Source of the DNA: Asterionella formosa
Taxonomy: Eukaryota
Length of the DNA: 61,897 nucleotides
Assembly: GCA_002256025.1 (NCBI GenBank)
Contig: NKIB01013225.1
Coordinates: forward strand, 1 to 61,897
Direction: 5' to 3'
Positions 9,923 through 21,477 of this stretch are shown in pieces. A program made the position numbers and the translations under genes. Every line of letters begins with the position of its first letter. The first letter of the stretch is position 1. The notes under the pieces were generated by a model. The model did no database searches and had not been told where the DNA came from. It saw nothing but the letters and a program-made list of their open reading frames with translations.

Positions 9923-11317
9923 ATGAGCGAGGTCCATGTCGCCCTCTACGACTTGTCCAGGGGAATGGCCGCAAGTCTCTCGGCCCAATTTCTTGGCCCC
10001 AATCATATAATTGATATTGTCCCTCACACAGGAATCTTGGTCTTTGGCAAGGAGTACTTCTTTGGCGGTGGCGGTCATGGTATCGGAGCTGACGATCCAA
10101 CTTATTTTCGAGCTTCCCGAGGAATGCAGCCAATAAAAATCATTCCGTTGGGACGAACTACAACTACGAAAGAGCAGTTTGATGTTTGGTGCCGAGCCCA
10201 AATGGAGTCAGGTCGGTACCACGGAAACGCATACGATTTGCTTCACAATAATTGCAATAATTTCAGTCACGATGCTGCGAAAGAAGGCTTGAATCTACCC
10301 CAAGGAGTTCCCCAGTGGATCTTAGATGTTCCTTCGAGATTCTTGGCGTCACCAATGGGCCAAATTATTCGGCCCATGTTAGAGAATATGCAAATGACGG
10401 GTGGAGGCGGTATCCCATTTCTTCCAACACCAGTGGCTGCTTCTCGACAGCAGGAAGTGGTTGGGAGCTATAACCCTTGGACCGAATATTCAGCAAACAG
10501 GTCAATAGCTACCCCAATTCTTGACAACAACAACAGGCCCCTCCTTTCCAATGACAAGAAAACTGCAACCTTGTGTGCGACTAAGCTCATTGCCACGTCC
10601 CAAATCGACGCCGATAAAGCTGCCCTGGAAAACTTACATATTGCACTATCTCAAGCGAGTGTCAAACCCTCTACTGATGTTATTGAACGAGGAAGTATAG
10701 CAATTCACAACCAGTTGATACAGAATCCAGGGAACCTCACGTTTTCACTGATGCTCCTTCGTTTGGTCGTGCTCCACCCCCCAACGATTTGGTCCACAAA
10801 GTGTGTCAAGTGGGTTCACGATCAGCTAAAACTGGAAGGAATCTCGGCTATATCATCGACTACATCCAAAAGTATGGCTTGGTGTGCCGTCAGCAATGCA
10901 TATGGGACGTATCCAGACGATGACATTGCACTAGAAGAAATCTGTGTGGCTGCTTTGGGCGACATTTCAAAATCAAAGCCAGTGGAAGTGCGGCAATCAG
11001 CTAGTGCATTTTTATACAATGTCGCATTGATTCAATCTCCACTTATGAAAGACGAGGAAGAACTTTCAGACTTACTCGTGTCGTTGCTCTGTGGCACCTT
11101 GGAAGGGCTGGATACAGAGGAACCTGATAAAACTACGAAATTGCGGCGGCTCTTGTGTGCGGCACGCTTGGTCAAGTCAGATGCGGGTCTTAACAATACA
11201 GCCAAGCAACTGGTTGTGGCATCGGAATTAGATGATATAGTGCGAGCGCTGGTGAAAAGTGGAGACGATCAGGTCGCCCCATTGGCGGCTGAATTGTTAG
11301 CAATCTTGGAGAGCTGA
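9923..11317 (+). CDS. PPPDE/DeSI deSUMOylase/deubiquitinase-family peptidase with C-terminal PUL/ARM-like domain
   Basis: V..ALYDLSRG, HTG (catalytic His) and YDLLHNNCNNFS (catalytic Cys) motifs, followed by a helical C-terminal region. Confidence 0.88.
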   Translation: MSEVHVALYDLSRGMAASLSAQFLGPNHIIDIVPHTGILVFGKEYFFGGGGHGIGADDPTYFRASRGMQPIKIIPLGRTTTTKEQFDVWCRAQMESGRYHGNAYDLLHNNCNNFSHDAAKEGLNLPQGVPQWILDVPSRFLASPMGQIIRPMLENMQMTGGGGIPFLPTPVAASRQQEVVGSYNPWTEYSANRSIATPILDNNNRPLLSNDKKTATLCATKLIATSQIDADKAALENLHIALSQASVKPSTDVIERGSIAIHNQLIQNPGNLTFSLMLLRLVVLHPPTIWSTKCVKWVHDQLKLEGISAISSTTSKSMAWCAVSNAYGTYPDDDIALEEICVAALGDISKSKPVEVRQSASAFLYNVALIQSPLMKDEEELSDLLVSLLCGTLEGLDTEEPDKTTKLRRLLCAARLVKSDAGLNNTAKQLVVASELDDIVRALVKSGDDQVAPLAAELLAILES

Positions 11318-11567
11318 TGTGCGAGCGAGTCGACTTAGTTTTATTAGGGATTTTTTAAAATATCTATTGTCAGGAGGGAGATCTTATCTGTTTGACAGTA
11401 AACACGCCAACGATTATGTTGATCGAATATTAGGATCGGAAAGTACTCCGATCAAGTGAATGGAACATGTGATAAAAATGAAATAAGTTATTATATAATT
11501 AAACACATCAACGGATGTAGGAAAAAGGGCCGATTTGCAGGAAATAATGCGGATAACGACAGCTTCA

Positions 11568-12398
11568 CTAGATGTCCTTGCGTCCAGATCCGGCAACAGT
11601 CTTCATGGTGAACATCAGCACGTGAGCAACGTTGTCATTCTCAGTTTCTTCGACATCAGTGGATTCAATCTCTAGCACCCCGCCAGTCCCACCAATCTCG
11701 CAAGCGTCGTACTTATTTAGTTGTGATCCATTGACTTTCACTCCCCCTTCGATGCATAGTAGATAACCCTGGCGACCCTTGGGAAGTTGGATGCTAACTT
11801 TTTCTCCCAAGTCGAGTTCCGTAGCATATGCGTCGACATCTTGGTTAATCTCAACCGGGGTTGAAGTGGTCAGATCCTTCACGTTGGAAACCAAATGCTG
11901 AAGCTTGTTCTTGCGAGCATCCGCCGATCCTGTGCAAGATCCGTAATTTGGTCTTAAACCATTTTCAGATGGAACAATCCACGTTTGAATAAATCGAAGA
12001 GGTTTATCGCCATTATTGAACTCACTGTGAGCCACGCCCCTTCCTGCCGTCATGAACTGGATCGAACCACGGCCTAGAGACTCTTTTATTCCCATGGAAT
12101 CTCGATGAGAAAGCTCACCCTCAACAATGTAGGTAATGATTTCCATATTACGGTGAGGATGTTCTCCGAAACCTCTCTTCGGCTGGACCAGATCGTCGTT
12201 CATCACTCGAAGAACGCCGAAATCCTGGTTTTTGTAGTTTGAATATTCGGCGAAGGAGAAATGGAAACGAGACTTGAGCCAGTTGGAGTTGGTCCAATTA
12301 GGATTGGACGATTCGTTGGGACCGTTGCCAAACATACGAGGATCAGGCTCGGACACGTGAAGGCATCCGCTCGGAATCACTTTGATGGATGGAGTCAT
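11568..12398 (-). CDS. Pirin-like bicupin (YhhW/quercetinase type)
   Basis: WLKSRFHFSFAEY, FGVLRVMNDD, GFGEHPHRNMEIITY and MTAGRGVAHSE motifs. First ATG is at 12398 (the ORF track extends to an upstream TTG). Confidence 0.9.
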   Translation of the reverse strand: MTPSIKVIPSGCLHVSEPDPRMFGNGPNESSNPNWTNSNWLKSRFHFSFAEYSNYKNQDFGVLRVMNDDLVQPKRGFGEHPHRNMEIITYIVEGELSHRDSMGIKESLGRGSIQFMTAGRGVAHSEFNNGDKPLRFIQTWIVPSENGLRPNYGSCTGSADARKNKLQHLVSNVKDLTTSTPVEINQDVDAYATELDLGEKVSIQLPKGRQGYLLCIEGGVKVNGSQLNKYDACEIGGTGGVLEIESTDVEETENDNVAHVLMFTMKTVAGSGRKDI

Positions 12399-12934
12399 GG
12401 TTGTACTTGAGCGACAGGTGTTGGTGACAATAGCTTCGGAGGAGGACGATAGCAGAGTTGCGGAAATTGAAATAGCCTTTACGAAGCGACGAGAAGCGAA
12501 GAAATAGTTGCGGGCGAGAATGATGAATTGGATTGGCAACAGAAAGATTTATCTGATGCTAGGTGATGGTTAATATTTTGCGTTGTTTTTAATGTGGAAA
12601 TCGGAATTCAAAAGTTGTGAGACAACAACCAAAACTTTTGTTGCCTATATGGTACAGTACAAATATCTATATTTGTACGATACCAGGTAATAATACGATC
12701 CTTCTCGAGTCCAAGAGAAGCAACAGGAACAAAAATGTTGTAGAAACATACTATATTTCCACCATACAGAGTTTCAGTACTGACTGTCATGATGAATACG
12801 TTCCCGGTATCATGTGATCTATCAAATTTACTGCGTGGTATCTTCTCGTGTATCAGGTACCACACATGAATAAAATAAATATCAGTACTATACTGCCTGG
12901 TACCAGGTACCGGAATCGTCATCATTTATCGGTA

Positions 12935-13292
12935 TGTTGAAAAGGTCCGTACGCTTTCCCGCTGGCTGGGTCTCTCTTCACGTAGACTGTTACGTGCTCG
13001 TAGTACTACCTAGTACCTTCTCTCCCTTCTTTGCTTCTAGCCTTCCTGCTACATACCGGTAGATAGACTAATTGACCTTCCTGTCAATTAACACACTGTT
13101 TCCTCAATTGATAACCGCAACTCAAATTATATTATAAGCTAAACTAAAAGTTTCCTTTCCATGCATCTTTGCTTCCTGCAAAGTTGTTGGAAGACTCTCT
13201 TCGCGTTTCCACTTAACAACATTTCCATAGAAATCTTCAATCTTTGATCTTGTTAGGTGGCTGATTGACATGGCAATGCGAATCGTTCGATT
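12935..13292. repeat. Dispersed ~350-bp repeat, copy A (inverted relative to 17975-18312)
   Basis: Collinear shared blocks such as TAATTGACCTTCCTGTCAATTA, TTATAAGCTAAACTAAA and TTTCCTTTCCATGCATCTTTGCTTCC. Boundaries are approximate. Confidence 0.85.
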
Positions 13293-14379
13293 ACAATCGA
13301 GTCCACAATCCTTGTGACTCGGGCTAATGTTCTTGACACATTTACTGGGATCAGGTAGATTCCATTTTTTACCCGGTTATCTATTACCAGTATGTGTTTC
13401 ATGCTGCGCAAAATGCATATAAAATTATGGCAGTTCTTATCATTTTTCATCATGTACAGTGCTGGACAAGGTCCCACAAGAACTAGAGGATGAAGAAATC
13501 AGGTGATGATGAATTATAACCTCCATCCAGAACAAGGACAAAGGTGCAGAGTTGTTTGATATCTTTCAAGGAGAATTGATTACAACAAAATCAAGGGATT
13601 GCAGTATGTTGATCATACCGCAGTAGTCATTGAACTGCTCAGAGACTCTGAGGAGCAAAAGCAAAGAAAAATATGCAAGGCTATGGAGTTGTGCTATTTA
13701 CATTGCGAAAAGATATCTTCGTTGCACAAAATGTGTCCAAAAATGCATGTCAGGGGAATTCACGTCTATCCACGCAATGCGAATTTTCTAGTCGCATAAA
13801 GAATAAGCAATGCAATGCTGTGTGTCTGCATGAATGTTTAAATTTACCTTAAAAAAACTACTCAAGATTCCATAAAAATACTGAACATGACAATCAGTAC
13901 ATAGATGGTGATAGTCAGCACAAAATTCTACATAAGGCATTTTCTTGCATTTTGCGGTGTTGCACCCTCTCCGAGATTTCTATCGCCCAAGTATTCTCAC
14001 CGCCCTATTTGTACAGCAGATAGAAATATTTATCTAATTGAATTTATAAAGCTAATCACTGCGGACTCAACAATGTCTTCATTTTGTTCGTATCCTCGAA
14101 ACTGAGAAAACGACGACAAAAACAAAGTCTAGTCGAAATTTCATAAAAAATCTCAATTCGAGTCCTAAAATTTTTATTGTTGAACGATTGCCTCATCTAA
14201 ATTAGGCTAGATTCATGTGCAAAATGCATAGCAAAAGCTCATTGTCAATTCTCGATGAGAAATTTGTTCCAATAAGTTCGCCATGGTCAAGACACGAAAT
14301 TAATTCATCGACCTATATACATAAGGCAGTACAAATCAAATTTGCTCACCAGTGTGTCTGCCAAACATACCGGTGTATA

Positions 14380-15254
14380 AAATTAGTATAATTTGAACTG
14401 GTGATGGTAAACCTACATATGGATATGAAACCATGCAAAGCCTTCTTTCCTCATTTGTGGTACATCATTGTTATTAAATCCATTCACCAAAATGATTTCC
14501 TTCAGGCAACACTATAATGTTCAGAACGAACAAATTTATAAGCTTTCGATCAAACAAAATAAAAGTTGCCTGCACTATCTCTATCAAACTGTCAACATCG
14601 TCAATAGATTCTTCCACAGATGCCCATTGACCTGAATGCAACGCCCTGAAAAAATAGATTGTTGATAATTAAATCCGGACTGTTTGCTGGTTGCTTATCA
14701 ATTGAATATCCCAGCCAGGCTTCAGCTCTTGCTGCAGCTACAAACAAAAGAGAGCGTTATCAGAACCGAAATTTGTGGATGCATTGTCATGCTGTAGATG
14801 TATTCGTTTATTGTTTTTGGGCCTCCACTTCTCTTTGCCTGATCATGGGTAAGACATTTTTTGTGATCATGTCAGCATATCATACTTGAGTTCGGTCGTC
14901 ATACAATCTCTCTATTATCAAAAGCTGTTGACTTGGGAAGGGCGTGAGCAGCTGCTAATTTATGATTGTAGTACACTTGCAATATGGGATATCTGCAATT
15001 CGCTGTAATTATTTCTTCACGATTGTATTTGAGAGGATGGTTGGCCAAGATTTGCGGGAAAGATATGCAAACACGACGTCAGTATCACTATTATAATAGG
15101 ATTGGAGCGCACGGTTCCAAACATGTTGTATAGGTGTTATAGTTGTTTTATCAACTTTGAACTTGCCTACCATATATTCAGGTCCTCTTTTGAGGTTCCG
15201 TAAACCATGATCCAACACAAGTTGACGCTCCTCTGGTGTTAGATCCTTTCTCAT
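14380..15254 (-). pseudogene. Decayed Tc1/mariner (DD39D-like) transposase
   Basis: N-terminal HTH-like fragment MRKDLTPEERQ...KTTI...VWNRA. Frameshifted fragments read IHLQHDNA, GWDIQ and QPANSPDL...FFRAL. Multiple stops. Confidence 0.75.
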
Positions 15255-15911
15255 ACGCTTATTGAGAAGTGGTGGTAGTCGAAAATGGGGGGGTCAGGTA
15301 TCTTGATTTTGCTCAAGATGCACAGAAGTAGAAATCGAAAAAGCCCAAAAAGTTAGTTTTTTCAAATGTAGTTGGCAATTTTAATCTTTCTATATATTAT
15401 ATATACGGCAATTGAGCTGGAGAAAATCACATGCTGATTAAAAAATGGCCTAGGAGAAATTTGAATTATCAATGCAACTATTATTGGACAGAGCTAGCAC
15501 TGGTACCAGGTATCACTATGATTGGGCATCTGTTGGTACGATGGTGCAGAATATGTAGAATAGAATGCATGCATCATGTATACCGGTACACATGAATATG
15601 CTCAAAGAACACGACTACTTCCTGGTGAATACTTTTCAATTTTGCGGAAAAAGACTGTGCTCCACCCAAGGCACGCGATGATATGATAAGATGATGCATA
15701 CTGAAATATGTTAAGTAACTTTTTTTAAATCATGGAGAATATGGCTTTAATCCATCATTTTCTTCTTGAGACATAAAATGCTACAATGCAATCAGCAGCA
15801 GTTTCACCATTAACTTTGTCCAGCCCTTTTCCAATTCATCTCAAGGAATTATCTCTCAAAGGTATTGTACTGAAGAACATAAGTCTCTCACTCCTTCAGA
15901 GTGAAAACAAT

Positions 15912-17645
15912 CTATCGCAACGTAACCACCTTCATGTTGTGAGAAAAGTTGTGCATATCATGTTCTTTGCCTGCAGTTCTATCCACCATTATAATCCGGT
16001 CCCCAGCTTTGACAAAACCAAGTTCCTTTGCTGTCCTAACAGCTTCGGCTCTCAATAGCCCCATCCTTGTTGCAGACGAACCTGGGTCCAATGGGCTCTG
16101 AAGCATGATTGGTGTTACTGCACGATGGAGCTGCAACCTTCTGCCAACTTGAGGATCTGTGCAGAAGGCCAAGATTGGGACAGTTGGCCTGTGTCGGGCC
16201 ACAGCTCTGGCAACTTGACCAGTCATGGTGATCAAGATAATCACCTTTGCATTCATTCTGGATGCGGCCTTGCAGGATGAAGCAGCAACGGCATCCAATT
16301 CTTGCTCCAAAGGCGTCATGCTATCATGGAGCTCCTGGCTCCAAACAATGTCAGTGCGACCATCGAAGATATTGTCCGCTTCCCAAACAACACTTGCCAT
16401 GGCTTTGAGGCTTGCAATAGGGTATTTTCCTGCCGCAGTCTCCCCACTTAGCATGACTGCATCGGCTCCATCCAACACAGCTGTTCCAACGTCAGTGACT
16501 TCGGCTCGAGTAGGCCTTGGATTACGAATCATGCTATCCAACATTTGTGTTGCCACAATGACTGGTTTCCCAACAGAATTACAAGCCGAAACCATCATCT
16601 TTTGAGCAGCAAATACTTTGCTGTAAGGGATCTCCACGCCGAGGTCTCCTCGTGCAACCATGATTCCATCGGATTCCTTGAGGATTTCATGAAAGTTATC
16701 AACGCCCTCCTTGCTTTCAATCTTGCTTATCACCAGTGGACGTAAGGCAGAATGGCTGGAATTACTAGGTGGCAGTTGAGCAATACATCGATCCAAATAT
16801 GCGATAACGGATCGGACGTTCGCTGGTGTGCGAATGAAGGAAGCTGCGATGAAGTCAGCTCCGACCTCACAGGCCCACTTCAGATCTGCCTTGTCTTTGT
16901 CAGTGAGAGCCGGCAAGTCAAGTTCCATTCCTGGTAAGTTAACACCCTTGTTCTTTTTGATGGGCCCAGCATTCAAGGCCTTACAAGTAATGGATTTAAG
17001 GTCAGCATCGATATCTATCACTTCCAAGGCAATGAGTCCATCATCCAACAAGACGTGCCCCCCGACTTTCATCGTCTTGGCGATGGACATGTAGTCCACA
17101 TGAATCCGATGCTCGTGTTTACGCTCACTGATGGGTTCATCGGAAACTTGAAGAGTCGTGAGTTCGACAATGTCGTCAACATCAATCTCCAGCACTTCAG
17201 CATTTCCCTGAAGTGGACCCGTTCTAATCTCAGGACCTTTGGTATCCACCAAGATGGCGCGCAAGTTGCGAGGTAGGTCAGATTCATCGACGATCGAACC
17301 GGTTGCCAACAATTCATGCTTCCCACCAGTGCTCCTGACCAAATCCATACACATGGTAGGATACGTGTAGTCAGATCCAGCATGTGAAAAGTTGAGCCGG
17401 GCAACGTGCATGCCATGCTCCAACAATGCGGCAACTTGGATAGGTTGGTCAGTGGCGGGACCCATGGTACAGACAATCTTGGTCATGGTGCCAGTGGGTG
17501 GAAGTGTGTTCAACCGAGAAACGATGTTTGTGCTCCCAACCTTGCTCAATGTTCTTCTCGAAGTGAGCGAAGCAAGAAAGGAGGCGTGGTTGCGTTGGGC
17601 AGAAGCCGTAACAATGCGTCTATATCCAGAATTGAGAAGCAACAT
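15912..17645 (-). CDS. PK: Pyruvate kinase with probable mitochondrial presequence
   Basis: TKIVCTMGP, ARLNFSH, DTKGPEIRTG, KIES.EG, IMVARGDLGVE, ATQMLDSM and MLSGETA motifs. The N-terminal ~50 aa are Arg/Ser/Leu-rich with no acidic residues. Confidence 0.95.
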   Translation of the reverse strand: MLLLNSGYRRIVTASAQRNHASFLASLTSRRTLSKVGSTNIVSRLNTLPPTGTMTKIVCTMGPATDQPIQVAALLEHGMHVARLNFSHAGSDYTYPTMCMDLVRSTGGKHELLATGSIVDESDLPRNLRAILVDTKGPEIRTGPLQGNAEVLEIDVDDIVELTTLQVSDEPISERKHEHRIHVDYMSIAKTMKVGGHVLLDDGLIALEVIDIDADLKSITCKALNAGPIKKNKGVNLPGMELDLPALTDKDKADLKWACEVGADFIAASFIRTPANVRSVIAYLDRCIAQLPPSNSSHSALRPLVISKIESKEGVDNFHEILKESDGIMVARGDLGVEIPYSKVFAAQKMMVSACNSVGKPVIVATQMLDSMIRNPRPTRAEVTDVGTAVLDGADAVMLSGETAAGKYPIASLKAMASVVWEADNIFDGRTDIVWSQELHDSMTPLEQELDAVAASSCKAASRMNAKVIILITMTGQVARAVARHRPTVPILAFCTDPQVGRRLQLHRAVTPIMLQSPLDPGSSATRMGLLRAEAVRTAKELGFVKAGDRIIMVDRTAGKEHDMHNFSHNMKVVTLR

Positions 17646-17974
17646 GATGTAGGGATTGTTTCAGGCTACAAGAGTATGGATATCCATCCATAGAAGTTAC
17701 AATGCGATGGTATGTATGGAAGGCAACACGATGGCCTCCTCAAATATCTTTGGATGAGCCGAAGCAATTTTACAAACTAAAAAGATACCAACTAAATTAT
17801 ACTAGTACCTAATACCGGTACACGAAACAAATTCTCACTACCGGTAGTTTACCTTAGTCTACCAGTATATATATGGACGTATGCAACAGAAAACAAAAAA
17901 AGAACACCACACATGAACAAAGAACAAGAAATTCTGTTATATACGCAAGTACCGGTATACCGGTCCAATGAGTC

Positions 17975-18312
17975 GAATCTTGCATTGCCATGCCAACCTT
18001 ATGTCTAACAAGATCAACAATTGAAGATTCTAAGGAAATGTTCAGTGCAAAGTCGAAGAGAGTCTTAGAACGATTTTTTGGGAAGCAAAGATGCATGGAA
18101 AGGAAACATTTAGTTTAGCTTATAATTTTAGATTATCAATTGAGGAATCAGTATGCTAATTGACAGGAAGGTCAATTAGTTAATCTAGCTAGCAGGAAGG
18201 CTAAAGCAGAGCAGAGAAAAAGTAAGTGGTACTAGGGAGTACTACTAGTACGTAAGAATCTTTGTGAAGAGACCCACCAGCCCGTGGGAAGGAGTAAGGA
18301 GCTTTTTAACAT
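17975..18312. repeat. Dispersed ~350-bp repeat, copy B (reverse complement of 12935-13292)
   Basis: TAATTGACAGGAAGGTCAATTAG, GGAAGCAAAGATGCATGGAAAGGAAA and TTTAGTTTAGCTTATAA match copy A in reverse orientation. Confidence 0.85.
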
Positions 18313-18998
18313 TCTGGTAGGTTCATATACCAGTACTATATATATACAGTACCAGTAACGCATACATGGTACTGAGACAGAATTCATATCATACATAAAA
18401 TGGTTTACCTGTATACTGGTATGTGCTTTTGACATCTCTTGTACATAATGGTACACATTTTACATACAGTGCAAGGAGGTTACAATGCTCTCGAGATATG
18501 ACTATCGATATACCAGTATACCGGTAATATTGACAAAGAGTCATCATATTACCGGTATATTAGTGATTGTGCATTCAAAGAATGCATTCATGTTTATTTC
18601 CTGGTGTTGAATCTTATTCAGCCAGTGACAAGTGAAAAGCCTAATCCTACTCTAGATTCAGACAAAGAGATCAATGTATATACTTGAGTACAGTGTTGGT
18701 AGGTGGTATGAGCATTTTGGAAATGGTGAAAGTGACTGGAACCAGATCGACTGCATGTATTTGGAATCAAGGCTTAAGTGAAACATATGAAGGTGCTCTA
18801 AATGTTTCACAGAGCTGCAAGGGAACGAATAAACGATGTTTCATTTCATTTTGATGACTTGGGTAATATTTCCATGCTTACAAAGGGTTCGCGAAGACTC
18901 AGGAGATGAATTGGGTGTTGGTGTGGTCGTATGTCCGCTTCGTAAAAAGAAAATGTGAATATTGTCGCACATCAATTCTTCGCGATGCCTTGATTCAT

Positions 18999-21477
18999 CT
19001 ATTCTTGAGTTTTTCGTTGTTTCTTTGTCTTCTTTAGAATCGACGCAGGGACTTTGCCCTCTATGGATCCATTGTTCATCCAGACCTCTCCCTTCATACT
19101 ACTAATTGTGTTATCGCCACCCCATCGTACGATTTCAACTTCCTCGGATTTCCGAAGAATATCATCGATTTCGGGTTCTTTTTTTGCACGAGATTCAGAC
19201 TCATAATTCTTTACTTCTTCCTCTTGGAGGGACGACATAGACTCCCGCATACTTCGCTGATATACCTGCTGAGCTGCCTTGCTATTGTTTGTGCGTTGCT
19301 CCATCAGCTCATATGCTCTCCATAGCGAAACCTTCTCGTCAGACCCAGCGGCGAATTGCACTAGCGCCCTTTCAAAAATTGATCGAGCATCTATCACATT
19401 ACCCAACTCTTCTTCCATCAGAGTCCATGCAGTTGTAGCGGCAACGTTACGATTGTCAGCGTCCAACGCTCTACTAAAGCACCTCCTGGCTTCCATATAG
19501 TTGCCCTCGCGTGCTTCTAAAACTCCCCATGCTTGCCAAAGGCGGGCACACGCGTAACCACCAGATTGACTTCCGGCAAGTTGAGCACAAGCCCAAATAC
19601 CTTGTTGGAAGATGTCGCGAGCATCGTCAGCAGTTCCGTATCTGGTCTCAAGTACACCCCAAGCTTGCCACACAGGGGCGTGCCTTTTGTTTACGTTGGT
19701 GCCAGCTCGCAACCTGGAAATGGAAAGGATATGTAAGGACCCAGTGGTGAAAAATACAATTGTCTCGGGCGAACCGAACTTACAAGTTTCTCGCCGCTTC
19801 CACATCTCCCAAGTCTGCCACATAAAGTGCATACGCTTGTAGCACCCCAGCATCACGGGGATCAGCCTTGAGCGCACGCTCGAACAACTCGATTGCCTTC
19901 CGAGAATTACCTTCTGGTCGTTTCGTTTCCAAAATAGCATAACACTGAAGAACCCGGGAATTTGACTTGTCAAACTTGAGGACGGCCTCAAAGCACTTGG
20001 CGGCCTTTTCCCATTCTTTTTTGTCAGTCAACATTACTCCGAGCTGTAGCCAAGCAACAGAACATTTGGGGTCGACGTCGAGAGCAGCCTGAAACAGTTC
20101 CCGAGCTCTTCTTAGGTCACCACCCTTCTTGTGCTCTAGTGCAGCCCATGCGGTATATACATGAGAAGATGGTGGTAATCCAGCCCTTTTTAATTCTCGC
20201 TCCGCCGTTTGATAGCAGGCGCGACCAGCGGCTGCCCCTTGACGAAGTTTTCGCGTTCTTAGTTGGCCGAGGGATACCCATGCCGCTGCATGTGAGGGTC
20301 GTGAGCGAGCAGCCGCAATGAAAAGAGCTTCGGCTTCGCTAACATTTCCCATTTTCTCTTCCAAACAACCTAATGCCTGCAGCAAAAAAGGATTTGCACC
20401 TCGATCTGGCTGTCCATTGTTATCTGTTGAAACACTATTCGCAATACCAGCTTGAAGAATTTGTCGCGCAAGTTTGAAGTCTCTCCTGCGTTCTGCACAT
20501 TTTGACAATCCAAGATAAGCGCGTCCATCGCGGGGGTCTAATTTGAAGGCTTGTTCGTAAAGATCCTGTGCTTCTTCGATTCGACCTTTAGCCATTTCTT
20601 TCTTCGCAAGGTATGTGAGCTTGTCGGCATTGACCTTCAAAGCATTACCGAGCCTGACCCCGTCTCGGAACTGCACCGCGCCATCGCCCATCAGTGAAGT
20701 ATCGTACTGAAAGTCTCCACTCGGAGTTCGTCGATAACCGTACAGCTTGTCTTGAACCATCCGAGTCATTTGGACGTCGACATGTATTGGCGTAGAATTC
20801 GGTGCTGAACTTGTTGGCGACAAATCTATGTTGTCAGAAATAATTGGCTTGAGAGGGAGAAATTCTCCCAAAATTGGCAGATTAATTTCACGATTAATCA
20901 CTTCTTCAACTGATAATTGTTGTACTTCACTTGGTGGGAAGTAAGGAACTTGAGTGCCAAGATCCCGTAATCTCGTTGGTATTCGCATCATACCAGGTCC
21001 GGCAATCGTCCGCACTTTGCCTATTATGCCTCTCGTAATGTTTCCTCGTGATAAGACGGTTTTATCCGATGTCTTTTTATCTCGTTCTGACAACCCGTAG
21101 AGGTCTCTTTGAATCGAATCTTCATCTAACACTGGGTCAGGAAACAGGGACTCGAAACTCCAAATAGAGGGGCGACCAGAGGCATTTGCTCGCATTTGGT
21201 TGTAATCGGCTTGTCGCTTTTGCCGTAATTGATCAGACAGCTGTTCTGTCATAGGCTTTTGTCGTTTCCGCTGATACTGTTTTCTGTTCTTAGCCTTTGC
21301 TGTTGGTGGTGGACTGACTCCGCCCAACGCATTTTTTTGCTCGTTGTTTTTCATAAACAGGCACATCGAGGCCCGTGATGACGTGAAGGATTGCACAAAT
21401 GAACACGTTGACGAGAGATACAGCGATAAAAGAACCAGTATTGACTGCTGGCGACAGTTCTGCATTCTTGACTTCAT
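18999..21477 (-). CDS. HAT/TPR-repeat plastid RNA-binding protein, HCF107/Mbb1-like (exons 21477-19784, 19713-18999)
   Basis: The 70-nt GT-AG intron 19714-19783 joins EAARNL to LRAGTNV in frame. Repeated WQAWGVLE/ARELF HAT units. Signal peptide plus VQS-F motif. Start is either 21477 or 21465. Confidence 0.8.

Noticed and set aside
12399..12539. N-terminal extensions from TTG/GTG starts in the ORF track (pirin; likewise DPH5, MAK11-like, ArsA)
   Set aside because: Nuclear genes initiate at ATG, and homology begins at or after the first in-frame ATG.
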